Source: Polyangiales bacterium (GTDB lineage: Bacteria; Myxococcota_A; Polyangia; Polyangiales; JADJQN01). From it: a stretch of 64,000 nucleotides of DNA. Under the pieces are notes generated by a model that did not search any database, was not told the DNA's origin, and saw nothing but the letters and a program-made list of their open reading frames with translations. The position numbers and the translations under genes were made by a program. Positions 18,161 to 27,800 of this stretch are shown one piece after another; positions within the stretch are counted from its first letter, which is position 1; each line of letters begins with the position of its first letter. The stretch lies in NCBI GenBank assembly GCA_964202905.1, contig CAXNJO010000002.1, positions 544,001 to 608,000 on the forward strand. The letters run 5' to 3'.

Positions 18161-19555
18161 TCAATCACGGCGGGAAGCGAGGATCACGCGGAGCGATTGG
18201 CAGGCCATGCGCGCCTGGAAGTCGCTCTCGAACGGATCGCCGGGCGCCGCACCGGGCTGAGCGCCGCGGCGGATCTCACCGGGTCCCGGCGGCGCCGCCA
18301 CGGGTGCGGCGGGCGCGGTCGACGCGTCGTTCTCGAGGTGGCGCGCGAGGCTCGCCTCGCTGAAGGCATCGCGCGCGCCGGCGCCGCGGGCCGCGCGGAG
18401 CGTCGCCGGGTCGAGTTGCTCGACGAGCACGTCGGGCTCGATGCCCTCGGCCTGGATGGAGCGCCCGCTCGGCGTGTAGTAGCGCGCGATCGTGAGCTTG
18501 AGCGCGCTCTGATCAGGCAGCTCGATGACGTTCTGCACGCTGCCCTTGCCCCACGTGCGCGTGCCGAGGATCACCGCGCGGCGGTGGTCCTGCAGCGCGC
18601 CCGCGACGATCTCGGCGGCGCTCGCGGTGAAGCCGTTCACGAGGACGACGATCGGCCAGTCGGGGCGCGTGCCCGAGTCACGCGCGCCGACCTCGTCGAG
18701 CAGCTGACCGCTGCGGCCGCGCGTCGAGACGATCGTCCCGCGCGCGAGGAATTCGTCCGAGACGAGCACGGCCTGCTCGAGCAGGCCGCCCGGGTTGTCG
18801 CGCAGATCGAGCACGACGCCGCGCACGCCGCCCTCGCGTTCGGCCGTCGCGCGATCGAGCGCGCGCCGCAGCTCCGCAGCCGAGGTCTCCTGAAAGGCGC
18901 GGAGCTTCACGTAGAGCACGCCATCGGAGAGCAGCCGAGACGTGACGGCCTGCACGCGGATGAGCTCGCGCCGCATCGTGACCTCGATCGCCGCGTCGAC
19001 GCCCGGGCGCCGCAGCCGCGCGTGCACCTCCGTCGCCGGCTCGCCGCGCATCACGCGCACGGCCTCGTCGATCGGCAGATCGCGCGCGCCGCGCCCCTCG
19101 ATCGCGAGGAACTGGTCGCCCGGGCGCAGCCCCGCGCGCTCGGCCGGCCCGCCCTCGAAGCAGCCCGTGACGGTGAGCCAGCCGTCGCGGATGTCGATCT
19201 CGACGCCGATCCCGCCGAAGCGTCCCGCGGTGTCACTGGTCAGGACGCGGAGTTCTTCCGGGTCGAGGTACGCGCTGTGCGGATCGAGCGTCGCGACCAT
19301 CCCGCGGATCGCGCCCCGCACGAGCGCGTCCTGGTCGACCTCCTCGACGTAGCTCGACTCGATGTGCGCGAGCGCCCGCGCGAGCACACCGAGATTGCGG
19401 AAGGGGCTCGCCCGCTCGGGCACCGCGCGCGCGACCGGCGAGAGGAGCAGTCCGCCCACCGCGGCGCCGCCGCACACCGCGCCGATCGCCATGGCGCCCA
19501 GCCGCGCGCGGCGCTCGCGGCGACCCGCACGCCGCGCGTCCTCGTGCTTCGCCAT
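18161..19555 (-). CDS. ctpA: Carboxyl-terminal processing protease (S41A, PDZ)
   Basis: LDPHSAY, FGGIGVEI, LDLRDNPGGLL, TASAAEIVAGALQD, TWGKGSVQ and YYTPSGRSIQ. Confidence 0.95.
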   Translation of the reverse strand: MAKHEDARRAGRRERRARLGAMAIGAVCGGAAVGGLLLSPVARAVPERASPFRNLGVLARALAHIESSYVEEVDQDALVRGAIRGMVATLDPHSAYLDPEELRVLTSDTAGRFGGIGVEIDIRDGWLTVTGCFEGGPAERAGLRPGDQFLAIEGRGARDLPIDEAVRVMRGEPATEVHARLRRPGVDAAIEVTMRRELIRVQAVTSRLLSDGVLYVKLRAFQETSAAELRRALDRATAEREGGVRGVVLDLRDNPGGLLEQAVLVSDEFLARGTIVSTRGRSGQLLDEVGARDSGTRPDWPIVVLVNGFTASAAEIVAGALQDHRRAVILGTRTWGKGSVQNVIELPDQSALKLTIARYYTPSGRSIQAEGIEPDVLVEQLDPATLRAARGAGARDAFSEASLARHLENDASTAPAAPVAAPPGPGEIRRGAQPGAAPGDPFESDFQARMACQSLRVILASRRD

Positions 19556-19728
19556 CGACTCGCCTCCCGGAGACGCGGCGCCCGCAGGCCCGCGCGCGTT
19601 GCATTGACAGCCCGACACGTCCGCGTGTAGTACCACGAGGCACACGCGGTTGCGGTGACCGACACGGGCCCACCGTGGCGCGCCGCAAGCCGTTCCGAGG
19701 CAGACGCACCGGGAAGAGGACGGCACCC

Positions 19729-19941
19729 ATGGCTGGCACCGACAAGCGAAAGCAGAGTCTCTACTTCCCCGAGTCGATGCTGCAGGACATCCAGAAGGAG
19801 GCCGCGCGGCTCGACCGCTCGCTCTCGTGGATCGTGCAGCGCTGCGTGAAGATCGGCCTCTCCGACATCCGCAAACTCCCGAGCGTCAACGAGCCGGACG
19901 ACGCCGACGGCGAGGACGACCGCGGCCGCGACGACGAGTAG
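19729..19941 (+). CDS. Myxobacterial small protein, TIGR04563 (MXAN_4361/4362)-like
   Basis: DKRKQSLYFPESMLQDIQKEAARLDRSLSWIVQ signature; TTGACA at 19604. Confidence 0.9.
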   Translation: MAGTDKRKQSLYFPESMLQDIQKEAARLDRSLSWIVQRCVKIGLSDIRKLPSVNEPDDADGEDDRGRDDE

Positions 19942-19958
19942 CCCCGGCCCCGCAGGCG

Positions 19959-20846
19959 ATGGACTACGACCGCACCGGCTTCGCGACAGCCCCCGACGGG
20001 ACGCGCCTCTTTTTCGGCGTGCGCGGGCGCGGCCCCGCGATGGTGCTCGACGACGGCATCGGCTGCGAGGGTTGGGCCTGGGAGCACGTGCAGCCGCACT
20101 TCGCGGCGACGCACACCGTCGTGCACTGGCACTACCGCGGGCACGGGCGCAGCGGCGCGCCGCGCGATCGGAGCCGCATCGCCATCCCGGACCTCGCGGA
20201 CGATCTCGTCGCGGTCCTCGATGCGGTCGGCGTCGAGCGCGCCGTGCACATCGGCCACTCGATGGGCACGCAGGTGTGCCTCGAGACGTGGCGTCGACAC
20301 GCGCCGCGCACCGCCGCGCTGGTGCTCGTGTCGGGGAGCTACGGGCGGGTGACACGCACCTTCCACGGCAGCGACACGCTCGACAACGTGTTGCCTGGCA
20401 TCATCGATTTCGTCCGAAAAAACAAGGGTTTGGCGCGCGGTCTCTGGGGCCGCATGCCCCCGCGGCTCTCCTTCCGGATGGCGAAGCTGCTCGGCGAGGT
20501 CGATGGGCTCGCGCTCCCCGAGGAGGACTTCGTGCGGTACATGGAGCACCTCGCGAGCATGGACCCGGACCTCTTCCTCGAGATGCTCGAGCGCGCGGGC
20601 GAGCACACCGCGGAGGATGCCCTCGCGCACATCGACGTCCCCGTGCTCGTCGTGTCGGGCGAGCGCGACACGTTCACGCCGCCGGCGCTCTCGCGCTTCA
20701 TGGCCGAGCACATCCCGGCGGCCGAGTACTTCGAGCTGCGCGGCGCGACCCACGCCGCACCGATCGAACAGCCCACCTCGCTCGCGCTGCGCATCGAGAA
20801 ATTCCTCCGCGATCGCGTGCGGTCGGCCCCCGTCCCCGCGGCATGA
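19959..20846 (+). CDS. Alpha/beta fold hydrolase
   Basis: YRGHGRS, GHSMG nucleophile, GERDTFTP and THAAPIE. Confidence 0.92.
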   Translation: MDYDRTGFATAPDGTRLFFGVRGRGPAMVLDDGIGCEGWAWEHVQPHFAATHTVVHWHYRGHGRSGAPRDRSRIAIPDLADDLVAVLDAVGVERAVHIGHSMGTQVCLETWRRHAPRTAALVLVSGSYGRVTRTFHGSDTLDNVLPGIIDFVRKNKGLARGLWGRMPPRLSFRMAKLLGEVDGLALPEEDFVRYMEHLASMDPDLFLEMLERAGEHTAEDALAHIDVPVLVVSGERDTFTPPALSRFMAEHIPAAEYFELRGATHAAPIEQPTSLALRIEKFLRDRVRSAPVPAA

Positions 20847-21427
20847 CGCGCCGACCCGCGGCCCGCGCGGCGGCTCCGCTCGGTGCGCTCGTGCTTGCCA
20901 CGGCTGCGCTCATGCTCGCGGGCCGGGTCCCCGCGCAGCGACGCGGACGCCCATCGCCGGCGTCGCTCGGCGTCGTCATCCCGCCGGAAAACGACGCACG
21001 CCTCGCGCAGCCCGCGCCACGCCCGCCGGTCGGCGATCTCGAGGCGCGCGCGGCCCGCCTCTTCGCAGCAGTCGTGCGCGACGCGCCCGAAGCCGCGATG
21101 GACGCATTCTTCCCACGCGGGCCCTTCCTCGTGTTGAAGGGCATCGACGACCCGGGCCACTACCACGGCGTGCTCGTGCGCCACTACGTGCGCGACATCC
21201 ACGCGCTGCACGCCTCGCTCCCGGACCTCGCGCGCGCGCGCTTCGTGGGGCTCGAACTCTCGCGGCGCTGGACCTGGCAGACCGTGCGCAGCGAAGCAAA
21301 CGCCCTACCCTACTGGGCCGTCCGCCACTCGCTGCTGCGCTACACCGTCGATGGCCAGCCGCGCAGCCTCGAGATCAAAACGCTGATCCACTGGGGCCAG
21401 CGCTGGTACATCACGCACTTGAGCTGA
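20843..21427 (+). CDS. Exported hypothetical protein
   Basis: ATGA overlap with the hydrolase; hydrophobic signal segment; globular C-terminus ending WYITHLS. Confidence 0.7.
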   Translation: MTRRPAARAAAPLGALVLATAALMLAGRVPAQRRGRPSPASLGVVIPPENDARLAQPAPRPPVGDLEARAARLFAAVVRDAPEAAMDAFFPRGPFLVLKGIDDPGHYHGVLVRHYVRDIHALHASLPDLARARFVGLELSRRWTWQTVRSEANALPYWAVRHSLLRYTVDGQPRSLEIKTLIHWGQRWYITHLS

Positions 21428-21470
21428 CCGCGCACGCACGAGCCCGGCACGCGCCGGGCACGCGACGGGC

Positions 21471-22658
21471 TCAGTAGTCAGCGCGGAAGAGCTGCTGGCC
21501 CATGAGCAGCAGCGCCCCGCGCTTCACGGCGCGCTCGCCGCGGACGCGCACGAACGTACCGTTCGAGCTGCCGACGTCCGTGAGCCAGACCTGCCCGCCC
21601 TCGGCGTGGATGCGGCAGTGGAGCCCGGACACGTAGCCATCCTCGGGGAAGATGATGTCGCCGCGCTCGCGCCCGAGGTGCATCCCGCCCGCTTGGATCG
21701 CGTACGAGTTGCCGGTGGTGTCACGGCCGATCACGAGGCTGATGCGGCCGATCAGACCGGAGTTCGGGCTGCCCATCACTTCGACGCCATCGGCGCCGCG
21801 CGCGGGCGCAGGGACGGGCTCGAAGCGGAGGATCTCCTGGCCAACGCGGAAGATCGCGCCGGGCTCGAGCGCGACGGGCGTGTCGCGCTCGATCCGGACG
21901 AAGACGCCGTTGAGGCTCCCCTCGTCCTTCACCCAGAGTTCCGCGCCGCGGAGGGTGAACTCCGCGTGCCGCGGCGAAAGGTAGCTGTCGGTGGCGAAGG
22001 GGCCTCCGGCGTCACGGCCGATGGGCGTGTGGTCGTGGAGCGGGACGCTCTCGCCCTCGGAGCCGTCCGGGCGGATCAGCGTCAGCGACCCGCGGACCTG
22101 CACCGCGGCCACAGGAGCAGGGGCCGGAGGCACACCCGTCGGTGCGAGGGCCCCGGCGAGCGCGGACATGTCGTAGCCGCACGTGCCACAGAACTTGAAG
22201 CCGACCGGCACCATCGTCGCGCACTGCGGACAGCGCGTGGGCTGCGCGGCCGCCGGCGCGGGGGCGGAGGGAGGGGCCGCAGCGCCGCCGAACTGGGGCT
22301 GTTTCACAGGCGCAGGTGCCGCGCCGAAGCCCACAGGCGCAGGCGCCGCACCGAAGCCCGCAGGCGGCGCGCCAAAGCCCGCAGGGGCTTGCGCTGCGCC
22401 GAAGCCCGCAGGCGGCGCGCCGAAGCCAGCGGGGGCTGGCGGTGCGCCGAAGCCCGACGGCGCAGCCGGCGTCGCGAACCCCGCAGGCGCGGGCGCCGTG
22501 CCGAAGCCGGGCGACGCGACGGGCACACCGGCCGGCGGCGTCGGCGCGGTGAAGCTCTTCGGCGCGTGCGCCGCGTCGCGCGGCAGCTCTGCGCCGCAGC
22601 CGAGGCAGAACTTGTAGTGATCCTGATTCTCCTTGCTGCAGCGCGGACAGACGATCAC
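21471..22658 (-). CDS. Zinc-ribbon, GFG-repeat, tandem FHA domain protein
   Basis: CPRC..FCLGC and CPQC..FCGTC ribbons; FHA motifs IGR..SPRH..SLNG and LGR..SGLH..SSNGT; promoter TTGACC-N18-TATCCT at 22693-22722. Confidence 0.92.
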   Translation of the reverse strand: MIVCPRCSKENQDHYKFCLGCGAELPRDAAHAPKSFTAPTPPAGVPVASPGFGTAPAPAGFATPAAPSGFGAPPAPAGFGAPPAGFGAAQAPAGFGAPPAGFGAAPAPVGFGAAPAPVKQPQFGGAAAPPSAPAPAAAQPTRCPQCATMVPVGFKFCGTCGYDMSALAGALAPTGVPPAPAPVAAVQVRGSLTLIRPDGSEGESVPLHDHTPIGRDAGGPFATDSYLSPRHAEFTLRGAELWVKDEGSLNGVFVRIERDTPVALEPGAIFRVGQEILRFEPVPAPARGADGVEVMGSPNSGLIGRISLVIGRDTTGNSYAIQAGGMHLGRERGDIIFPEDGYVSGLHCRIHAEGGQVWLTDVGSSNGTFVRVRGERAVKRGALLLMGQQLFRADY

Positions 22659-22804
22659 GAGGGTCCTCCTGACGGACTCTGAGAAGACGTGCAGGATAGG
22701 AGGCTCATGCCTCTCGGGTCAAGCACCGCCGCGCCGCGGCGACCGCACGCAGCGCGTTGGGCGTCAGCCCCTCGCGAACACATCCTCGCGGCCGCCGGAG
22801 TACC

Positions 22805-23611
22805 GTGACGCAAGGCACCTCACCCGCGGTCGGCGCGACGCCGATCGGGGCGCGCGACATCGAGACGACCTACAAGGGGATCGCCCTCGTCGCCCGCGGT
22901 CCCGAGCCGATGCCAGATCCCTTCGAGACGCAGATGCTCAGCGCCGTGCTCGTGCGCTGGCACGAGCTGCGTCGACTGTCGCTCGTCGATCCGTGGCCAT
23001 GCTTTCGGATCCGCTGGAGCAGCAGGGGCGTGCGCGCCGAGGACGCCTACGGCCCGCGCGGCGACGCGGACGCCCACGACTTCGCGCGTGCCGTCGAGCG
23101 CCTCGTCGAGGTGACCCGCGTGCACGCCGAGCACCTCATCGATCAGGGCTGGCTCGCTGCGCCGGACACGCCGTGGGAGCCGACGGCCGGGCTGCCGCAC
23201 GCCGACGCCCCGCCCGCCGCGCCCGCCCTCGGCGCGTTCCGCACGGCGGCGCGAGACGCGGCACGTCCCGAGCACACGGTCATCGCGCAACGCGGCGCAC
23301 CGCCGACGTTCGAGGCGCTCGTCGTGTGGCTGCGCTCCGGCCCCGCGCGCCCCCTCACGGTGCTGCCACGCGAGGTGAGGGTCACCGCAGACGACACGGT
23401 GCACGTGCGCTGGCGAGACGGCCGCTGCGCGCGCGTGCCGCTCGACGCGTTGCGCTGCCGCCTCGACGTGCCGCTCGACGCGGAGGACTCGGCGGACGCC
23501 GTCTACGTGTTCGGACGCGCGACGCGTCTGCTGCTGCTCGGACGACACGCCTGCGAGGTCGCGCAGCTCTTCGACCGTCGCCTCGCGGTCATGGGGCGCG
23601 CGTCAGGCTGA
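22805..23611 (+). CDS. Hypothetical protein
   Basis: GGAG then GTG 22805; natural-looking composition; fills the gap between the two FHA genes. Confidence 0.6.
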   Translation: MTQGTSPAVGATPIGARDIETTYKGIALVARGPEPMPDPFETQMLSAVLVRWHELRRLSLVDPWPCFRIRWSSRGVRAEDAYGPRGDADAHDFARAVERLVEVTRVHAEHLIDQGWLAAPDTPWEPTAGLPHADAPPAAPALGAFRTAARDAARPEHTVIAQRGAPPTFEALVVWLRSGPARPLTVLPREVRVTADDTVHVRWRDGRCARVPLDALRCRLDVPLDAEDSADAVYVFGRATRLLLLGRHACEVAQLFDRRLAVMGRASG

Positions 23612-23778
23612 GGCCCGCTGTGCGCCCTCAGGCGGCAGTGGAGACGCCGGCGCCGCCGGGCGGCGTGGATGGCCCCCCCCGGAAGGCAACGCTGCACGGG
23701 CGCGACGCGTTCGGCCTCCATGCGGCACCTCGCGGAGGCCCGGCGCGGTCCGCCGAGCCTTCAGCGCGCGCGCCGCCG

Positions 23779-24819
23779 TCAGGCCGTCATGTCGACGCGG
23801 AGTAGCTGCTTTCCGAGGAAGAGGTAGTCGCCGTTGGTGAGCTCACGCTCGCCGTGCACGCGGGCGTAAGTGCCGTTCTTCGAGCCGAGGTCCGTGAGCG
23901 CGTAGCGGCCCTGCGCCGACACCTCGACCCGCGCGTGCGCCCCGGACATGAAGACGTCTTCGGGGAAGTTGAGGTCGTTCTCCTCGCGTCCGATCGTGAG
24001 CGCCGACTCGCGCGCGCAGATGACGATGCCCGGGCTCCCGCCGCGCAAGATCTGCGTGACGCGGAAAGGGCTCGGACGCTTCGGCGACGAGTAGAAGTAG
24101 GTCATGTCGGGGTCGGGACCGGACGTGTCCTTCGGCGTCGCGTCGAGGCGGAAGACCTGCTCGCCGCAGAGGAAGAGGTCGCCGGGCTCGATCGGCGCGG
24201 GCTCCCGCAGGCGCACGTAGAGGCCGTTGAGGCTGCCCTCGTCGCGCACGAAGAGTTTGTCGCCGCGGTAGACGAAATTCGCGTGCCGGGCCGAGAGCCA
24301 GTGATCGTCGGGGAAGAGGATCTGTCCGTCATCGCGACCGGCGATGTGCTCCGTACCCTGCAGGGAGTAGCTCAGGCCCTCGACGCCGCCCTCACCACGA
24401 ACGAGGATGAGGCGCGCCTTGCCCGGGGACTGCATCGCGCCAAAGAATCGCACGTGGAGTTCGACGACCTCCTGAGGGACGCCCGCGCCGCAGCGGCCGC
24501 AAAACTTGTGGCCGGAGGGGACCGGGGTCGAGCACTCCTTGCAGACGTAGTTACGGGCTTGCTCCATCAGCTCCTCCTGGGACGGCGCGCGTGGGACATC
24601 CAGCCTGGGCGCGGGCGGGACTGCTGCCCGCCACACGCCGAGATCGCCCGCGGGTATGACGAGGACCGGCCTCGCCGGCTCCACCGCCCCCGCGCCCACC
24701 TCGGGCGCTCCGAGGTGAAGGTCGGCAAGGAGAGCACGACCGCAGCGAGGGCACAAGGTCGTGCCGAGGGGACTGAACGTGTCGCAGTCCCCACACGCGA
24801 TGCCGACCTCGTGCTCCAT
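23779..24819 (-). CDS. Double zinc-ribbon, tandem FHA domain protein
   Basis: CGDC..CPRC and CKEC..FCGRC; FHA motifs AGR..SARH..SLNG and IGR..SGAH..SKNGT. Confidence 0.92.
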   Translation of the reverse strand: MEHEVGIACGDCDTFSPLGTTLCPRCGRALLADLHLGAPEVGAGAVEPARPVLVIPAGDLGVWRAAVPPAPRLDVPRAPSQEELMEQARNYVCKECSTPVPSGHKFCGRCGAGVPQEVVELHVRFFGAMQSPGKARLILVRGEGGVEGLSYSLQGTEHIAGRDDGQILFPDDHWLSARHANFVYRGDKLFVRDEGSLNGLYVRLREPAPIEPGDLFLCGEQVFRLDATPKDTSGPDPDMTYFYSSPKRPSPFRVTQILRGGSPGIVICARESALTIGREENDLNFPEDVFMSGAHARVEVSAQGRYALTDLGSKNGTYARVHGERELTNGDYLFLGKQLLRVDMTA

Positions 24820-24891
24820 CTCGATGGAGCTTTGTAGGCCACGGGCCCGCAGCGCGTCAACGCCGCCGAAGCGCCACCTCTTGTGCGCCCG

Positions 24892-27800
24892 TCACGGCGG
24901 GGACGGGCTGCCGAGCGCGGTCGCCGCGGCCTCCCGGACGCGCGGCTCCGGATCGCCCGCCGCCGCGTCCCGCAGCGCGCGACCCGCACCGAGGCAGCCC
25001 GCCCCTGCGAGCGCGGTCGCGGCAGCTTCCCGCACGAAGGCGTAGTCATCGACGCGCAGCGCCGCCTCGAGCCCTTCGCATGCCGACGGGGCGCCCGCGA
25101 ACCGCCCGAGCGCCCTCGCGGCGCGTGCGCGCATGGCCCACTCGCCGTCGACCCGCGCGATCCGGGCGACCTCCGCGAGCGCTGCGTCCCCCTCGAGACG
25201 CGACACCACCTCGAGCGCGCTCCGCCTCACCTCCGCCGCATCGTCGAGGAGCGCTGCCGCGACGGTTGCGCGCGCCTCCGCGCCGTCGATGCGCCCGAGC
25301 ACCGCGACAGCCGAGGCACGCACAGCCGCGTCCGGGTGACGCGCGACGCCGAGCAGGTCCGGGAGCACACCTTGCGCGACGAGGGCGAGCGCGGCGTCCG
25401 CCTCACGCTGCGCGGGCGCAGACCACGCGTCGAACCGCGCCGTGAGCGCACCGGCGCCAAGCCGCGCCCCGGGGGCGGTCCCGAGGGCGTCGAGCGCGCC
25501 GCGCACCTGCTCGAGGGGGCCGCTCAGCCCGCCGCGCGCGCCCTCGACGAGCGCATCGACCAGCGCCCCGAGCGCGACCGGCGCGTCCCCGAGCGCCGCA
25601 GAGGCATCCACGACGCGCGCGAGGTACGCCCGCGTGGAGATTGGCAGCGACGGCACCGGCAGCGCCCCCGCGGGCGACGCGCGCCCGCCCGCGAGCGCCG
25701 CCGCCGACGCCCCGCGCGTGGCCGCATCCGCCCCGAAGAGCGCCTGCGCGAGGGCCGCCTGCGCGCGCGGCTCGCGCAGTCCGCCGAGCGCCACGGCCGC
25801 GGACCGCGCCACGAGCCCGGCGGGCGACTGCAGCGCAGCCACGAGCGGCGCGACGCTCTCGGGGCGCGCGAGGCGCCCGAGGGACCACGCGGCGGCGGCC
25901 TTCACGTCGAGGCTCGGATCGCGGGCGAGCAGCGCCTCGAGCCCGTCGCGCGACTCACCATCACGCGCGACGCCGAGACCGATCACGGCGAACGCGCGAA
26001 CGGCCGGGTCTCCATGCGAGGTCAACCCGCGGAGCAGGCCGGACTGGGCACGCGTCGCCGTCGACGCGAGCGCCCACGCTGCCGCATCGCGGAGGCGCGC
26101 CTCGGGCCCCCCTGCGATCGCGGCCAACCGCGAGGCGGCCCCGACGGCGACGGGGCCGAGCGCGCCGACGGCGACGAGCGCGCGGGCGCGGAGGGCGATG
26201 TCGGCCTCCGACTCCGCGAGCGCGAGCAGCGGCCCGAGGGCGTTCGGGTTGCGGGTCTCGGCGAGCAGCGTGACCGCCGCGCCGCGCTGCGTCGGGTCGG
26301 CGTCCGCGAGCGCCTCGAGCAGGGGCTTGAGGGCGCGTGCGCCGATGCGCTCCAGTGCGGTGCGCGCAGCCTCGGCTGCCGGGCCGGGGCGCCGCGCGGC
26401 GACCGCGAGCGGTTCGACGAGCGCCTGGTAGAGCTCGACGACGAGGCGCCGCAGCACCGGCCGCTGCGGGCTCGCGAGCGCGAGCGCGAGCAGCTCGTGC
26501 TCGAGCGACTCGAGGGTCCCCGCGCCGAGGTGAATCTGGATGGACGCGCGCGCAGCCCGCGCGACCAACTCGTCGTCGGGCGAGGCGCGCAACACCCGCC
26601 GATAGAGCGCGTCCGCCTCCGCGGGCCGCCCCGCTGCGAGGTGCAACTCCGCGAGCTCGAAGTAGGTCGGGAAGAGACGGGCGTCGAGCTCGATCGCGCG
26701 ACGGTACGCGGCGACCGCGTGCGTCGGATCCTGCCGGGCACGGAAGAGATCGCCGAGTCGTCGATGCCCCGCGGCGTCGTCCGGGTTGCGCTCCGCGGCC
26801 CGGCGCGCGTACGCGATCGCCTCGTCGTCCCGGTAGAGCGCCAGCGCGTGCTCGGCCATCCGCTGCAGGTACGCCGCGGCCCGACGCGCGTCGGCTTCCA
26901 CGAGCCGCTCGAGCACGGCGAGCGCGCCCGCGAGGTCGCCTCGCGCCGCGCGCAGCCGCTCGAGCGCGACGAGCGACTCGACGTCGCCGGGCGCGAGCGC
27001 GACGAGCCGCTCGAGGATGCGCTCGGCATCGGCATTGCGCGTCGGCGTCGCGCGGAGCCACGCCTCGGCGAGGAACCGCCCCGCCTCGAGATCCGGCGGC
27101 TCGGCGCGGAACGCCCGCTCGAGTTCGGCGAGCCGGCGTGGGAGTTCGCGCGTACGCCCCCAGGCCGCGACGATCCGCTGCCGGGCCTCGCGACGCTCGG
27201 CGCGGTCCGGCGAGGCCGCGAGCACGCGCTCCCACAACTCTGCCGCGCGCGCGCTCTCCCCGAGTCGCTCACGCACGCCCGCGAGCCCGCGCAGCGCGTC
27301 GATGTCCGTCGGCGCGAGACGCAGCGACTCCTCGTACGCGCTCGCCGCGTCAGGCAGAAAATCATGGTCCGCGTACAGCCCGCCGAGCGTCGCGTGCGCG
27401 CGGACCGAATCGGGCTCGACCGTGAGGATCCGCCGCCAGGTCGCGCGCGCCGCGTCGGCGTCGCCCGCCTCGAGCTGCTGCGTTCCGAGCGCCACGAGGT
27501 GCGTCGGGTCGTTCGGCTCGAGACGCGCGAGCAGCGCGACCTCTGCGGCCGCGAGCGCATCTTCCCGCCAGCGCGCGTAGAGTTCGGCGAGGGCGCGGTG
27601 CACGCGGGCTTCACGCGGGTGGCGCCGGCTCGTCTCTGCCGCGAGGCGCCGGGCCTCGTCGCGTCGCCCCTGCTGCACGAGCAATTGTGCAAGCTCGACG
27701 ACGAACCGCGGTTCACCCGGCACGGCGCGGAGCAGCGCGCGGTACTCGGCGATGACCGCGTCGAGCTGCCCGGAGCGCGAAAGCACCTGCACGACCCGGA

